From: a virus
IMG/VR virus record: IMGVR_UViG_3300026299_000088
Span: 1-46,695 of that record
Strand: one strand, 5' to 3'
Length of the DNA: 46,695 nt
Positions within the stretch are counted from its first letter, which is position 1, and each line of letters starts with the position of its first letter. Below the pieces are notes generated by a model. It worked only from the letters and a program-made list of their open reading frames with translations, did no database searches and was not told the origin of the DNA. Below are positions 44,701 to 46,695 of this stretch, one piece after another. Both the position numbers and the translations under genes were made by a program.

Positions 44701-45326
44701 GCCGCACCTCCTTCGCCCGGATCGGCGGGATCTGCCTCGATCGCCGGCGTCGACCCCGGATGCCGATACGGACGCAGTACCCGCGCAAGGTCGTCGATGA
44801 CGGCCTGCACCGCAGGATTGACGCATCCGGCACCCGCGTCCTCCGACGATTCGGTGGCGTCTCGAACGTCGTCCTTGACGCGCGAATGCGCGGACAAGTC
44901 GCTATCCCTGTTTATAGATAAAGTTCTATTCGTGGCCCTTGTTTGCCGCGTTTCGTGGTCGTTTTTGGGCCCCTTTGCGTCCTTGCTAGGGCCTGTTTTT
45001 GTCGGCTTTGCAGTCATCTGTGCATTTCCTGTGGGTATCCGTTCGAGCATGTGCAAGCGATACACCACCACCTGGCGCGTCTTCCCCATGCGCCGCCCGG
45101 TATCCGACAGCAGTCCCCAGCGCTGCAGCTTGCAGAGGTTGCGCTGGAGCGTCTTGCGGTTCTGGCCGGTGGCGTGTGTCAGGTACTGGCTCGACGGGTA
45201 GCACTCGAACCGCTTGAGCGAGGTCATGCGCGAGCGGTACGAGAGCACCAGCAGCAGCGCCTTTGCCGACGACGTGCGCGGGGGAAGGACGATCCGTAGC
45301 GCCCAGTTCATGGCGGCGATACTCAT
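44697..45326 (-). CDS. Replication initiator-like winged-HTH protein (short)
   Basis: MSIAAMNWA..AKALLLVL..CYPS...L...TGQNRKT....L..L...GLLSDTGRR.G.T.QVVVYRL; AT-rich, iteron-like interior. Confidence 0.75.
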   Translation of the reverse strand: MSIAAMNWALRIVLPPRTSSAKALLLVLSYRSRMTSLKRFECYPSSQYLTHATGQNRKTLQRNLCKLQRWGLLSDTGRRMGKTRQVVVYRLHMLERIPTGNAQMTAKPTKTGPSKDAKGPKNDHETRQTRATNRTLSINRDSDLSAHSRVKDDVRDATESSEDAGAGCVNPAVQAVIDDLARVLRPYRHPGSTPAIEADPADPGEGGAA

Positions 45327-45425
45327 TGCGGGGGTGTCTCGGAACAGGCGGGTGGGACAACGGGCGTGCAGCCGCCCGCTGCGGCGCATGCGCGCCGCAG
45401 GTCGGGATGCACGAGGTGGAAGGGA

Positions 45426-45695
45426 TCAGGAAGCCGCGGGAGGCGCGCGCGCGGACAGTCGCGCCCGCATCTCGATCAGGGTCAGGCCGGTGTCGGGGTC
45501 GATGACGTAGTCGCGCGCGTGCGGCAGGCGATCGACCAAGCGCCGCGCATACAACTCCGGCACCAGGCCGCCCCAGGTCCGCGGCAGGAACCGCGAGACC
45601 CCGAACGCGCGGGCCACCGCGGCATGGTTGACCCGGCCGTCCGGGGACGTCGCCCCGAGCAGGGCAGCGGCATCGCTGAGGCGGATGTTGAACAT
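45426..45695 (-). CDS. cro: Cro-like regulator
   Basis: DAAALLG...AAVARAFGVS....TWG.LVPEL.A pattern; divergent from the cI-like gene. Alternative start at 45701. Confidence 0.7.
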   Translation of the reverse strand: MFNIRLSDAAALLGATSPDGRVNHAAVARAFGVSRFLPRTWGGLVPELYARRLVDRLPHARDYVIDPDTGLTLIEMRARLSARAPPAAS

Positions 45696-45702
45696 GGTCA
45701 TA

Positions 45703-45754
45703 GGTGTAACACATTAAACATTCGCTGTTCAACTCGACGCTACGCTGCTATCCT
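45703..45754. promoter_or_regulatory. Divergent cro/cI promoter region
   Basis: Minus strand TTGAAC...TGtTACACC; plus strand extended -10 TGcTATCCT (45746-45754); repeated TGTT/AACA half-sites. Confidence 0.5.
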
Positions 45755-45789
45755 CGTTGGACCTTTCCATCACTGCCGGGGGGCTGGAG

Positions 45790-46233
45790 ATGAATCTGGT
45801 CGGCGAACGCATCAAGCACGCGCGCAAGACCTGTGGACTGAGCCAGGCGCAGCTGGCCGAGGCCATCTCGTCCGCCACCGGCGGCAAGGTCACGAAGTCG
45901 TTGATCAGCCAGTGGGAGTCGGGCCGCGTCGCGAGCCCCAATACGGCGAACCTGCTGGCGATGCAGTCCGTCACCGGGTTCCGGGCCGAGTGGCTCATGC
46001 AGGGGATTTCCCCGCAAAAGATCGAAGAATCCCCCGCCAAGCGCGGGAGCAAGCCCGCCGAACTCGATGTGGTCCTGCTGGAGCGCATCCTGCGCGAAGT
46101 CCTCAAGACCACGGCCGATCCCAAGCGCGCCGCAAAGTCCGCCGTCCGGATGTACCAATCCCTCGCCGGCAGCGACGGCAACGTCAATCCCCTGACGCTC
46201 CTGGCGCGCTTCGCAGCAACCGCGCAGGACTAG
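45790..46233 (+). CDS. cI: CI-like XRE repressor without peptidase domain
   Basis: VGERIKHAR...GLSQAQLAEAI...VTKSLISQWESG....P..L........EWLM.G HTH; short helical C-terminus. Confidence 0.85.
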   Translation: MNLVGERIKHARKTCGLSQAQLAEAISSATGGKVTKSLISQWESGRVASPNTANLLAMQSVTGFRAEWLMQGISPQKIEESPAKRGSKPAELDVVLLERILREVLKTTADPKRAAKSAVRMYQSLAGSDGNVNPLTLLARFAATAQD

Positions 46234-46332
46234 GGAGGCGGGCCAACCGGACCCCGAAGACGGCTTGCGCGACAGGCCGTCCGGTGGTATTTATCGCCCT
46301 TGAGTTGTTTTTATTAAACCCAAGGACGTCCC

Positions 46333-46695
46333 ATGCCACGCCTCCCCCACCTCCACCTGCACCGCATCGTCGTCGACGACACGCCGCTGCCCCTGGTCGT
46401 CAACGGCCGTTCGCAAGCCGCCGTCCGTGATCATTTCCTCGAACGCCATGTCCGCATCGAGCGGCTGTCGCCGGAAGAGGCGTTCCGGGCCGGCATGAGC
46501 GGCGCCGTCATCGAAACCGTCGGCGAGGCGCCCAGCGGCACGCCGGAGCCTGCCGACGACGCCAGCGAGCCCGGCTTGTTCGATGAAACACACGGCTCCG
46601 GCGCCACGGCAGATCCCGCAGGCGCAGCACCCCGTCCGAATCAGGGGCCGGGACTTGGCTACGCCGCCGCCGTCAACGAGGCCGCGACGCTGTGA
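46333..46695 (+). CDS. Early phage hypothetical protein
   Basis: SD AAGGA; follows an AT-rich stretch; first gene downstream of cI. Confidence 0.6.
   Translation: MPRLPHLHLHRIVVDDTPLPLVVNGRSQAAVRDHFLERHVRIERLSPEEAFRAGMSGAVIETVGEAPSGTPEPADDASEPGLFDETHGSGATADPAGAAPRPNQGPGLGYAAAVNEAATL

Larger units (their letters stand above)
3901..46695. mobile_element. Temperate podovirus-type prophage with DarB-like giant virion protein; boundaries uncertain, extends past the right edge
   Basis: Contiguous cI/cro, rep, Q, lysis, terminase, portal, scaffold, capsid, adaptor, nozzle and ejection genes. No tape measure. Integrase and att not seen. Confidence 0.9.

Noticed and set aside
1..46695. CRISPR array, tRNA/rRNA, IS element, intein
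   Set aside because: No regularly spaced repeats, cloverleaf, transposase motifs or intein splice motifs recognised by eye.

Overview
High-GC window (probably Xanthomonadaceae; this is inference) dominated by a temperate, podovirus-type prophage. It is read leftward from a cI/cro switch at about 45.7 kb: cro, replication initiator, Q-like antiterminator, late promoter, muramidase endolysin, terS/terL, portal, a Cys-rich modular fibre cassette, scaffold, capsid, adaptors, tail nozzle, ejection proteins, lytic transglycosylase and a 4737-aa DarB-like polyvalent protein (N6-MTase, SNF2 helicase, zincin, GNAT-like, PLxRFG). No tape measure, tail tube, integrase, tRNA or CRISPR array is visible. 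Lower-GC morons are inserted at three points: an Aca2/DUF1870-like HTH, a Schlafen/AlbA_2 gene with a partner behind a structured RNA leader, and a CoiA-like nuclease. The left 3.8 kb is a separate regulatory cluster (CsrA-like genes, an HTH with a degenerate S24 domain, a MASE1 pseudo-sensor and a secreted protein). The most striking observation is two paralogous small genes, each with its own RBS, nested in the +1 frame inside the giant gene just upstream of its methyltransferase domain. All calls come from reading motifs by eye; no database searches were run.
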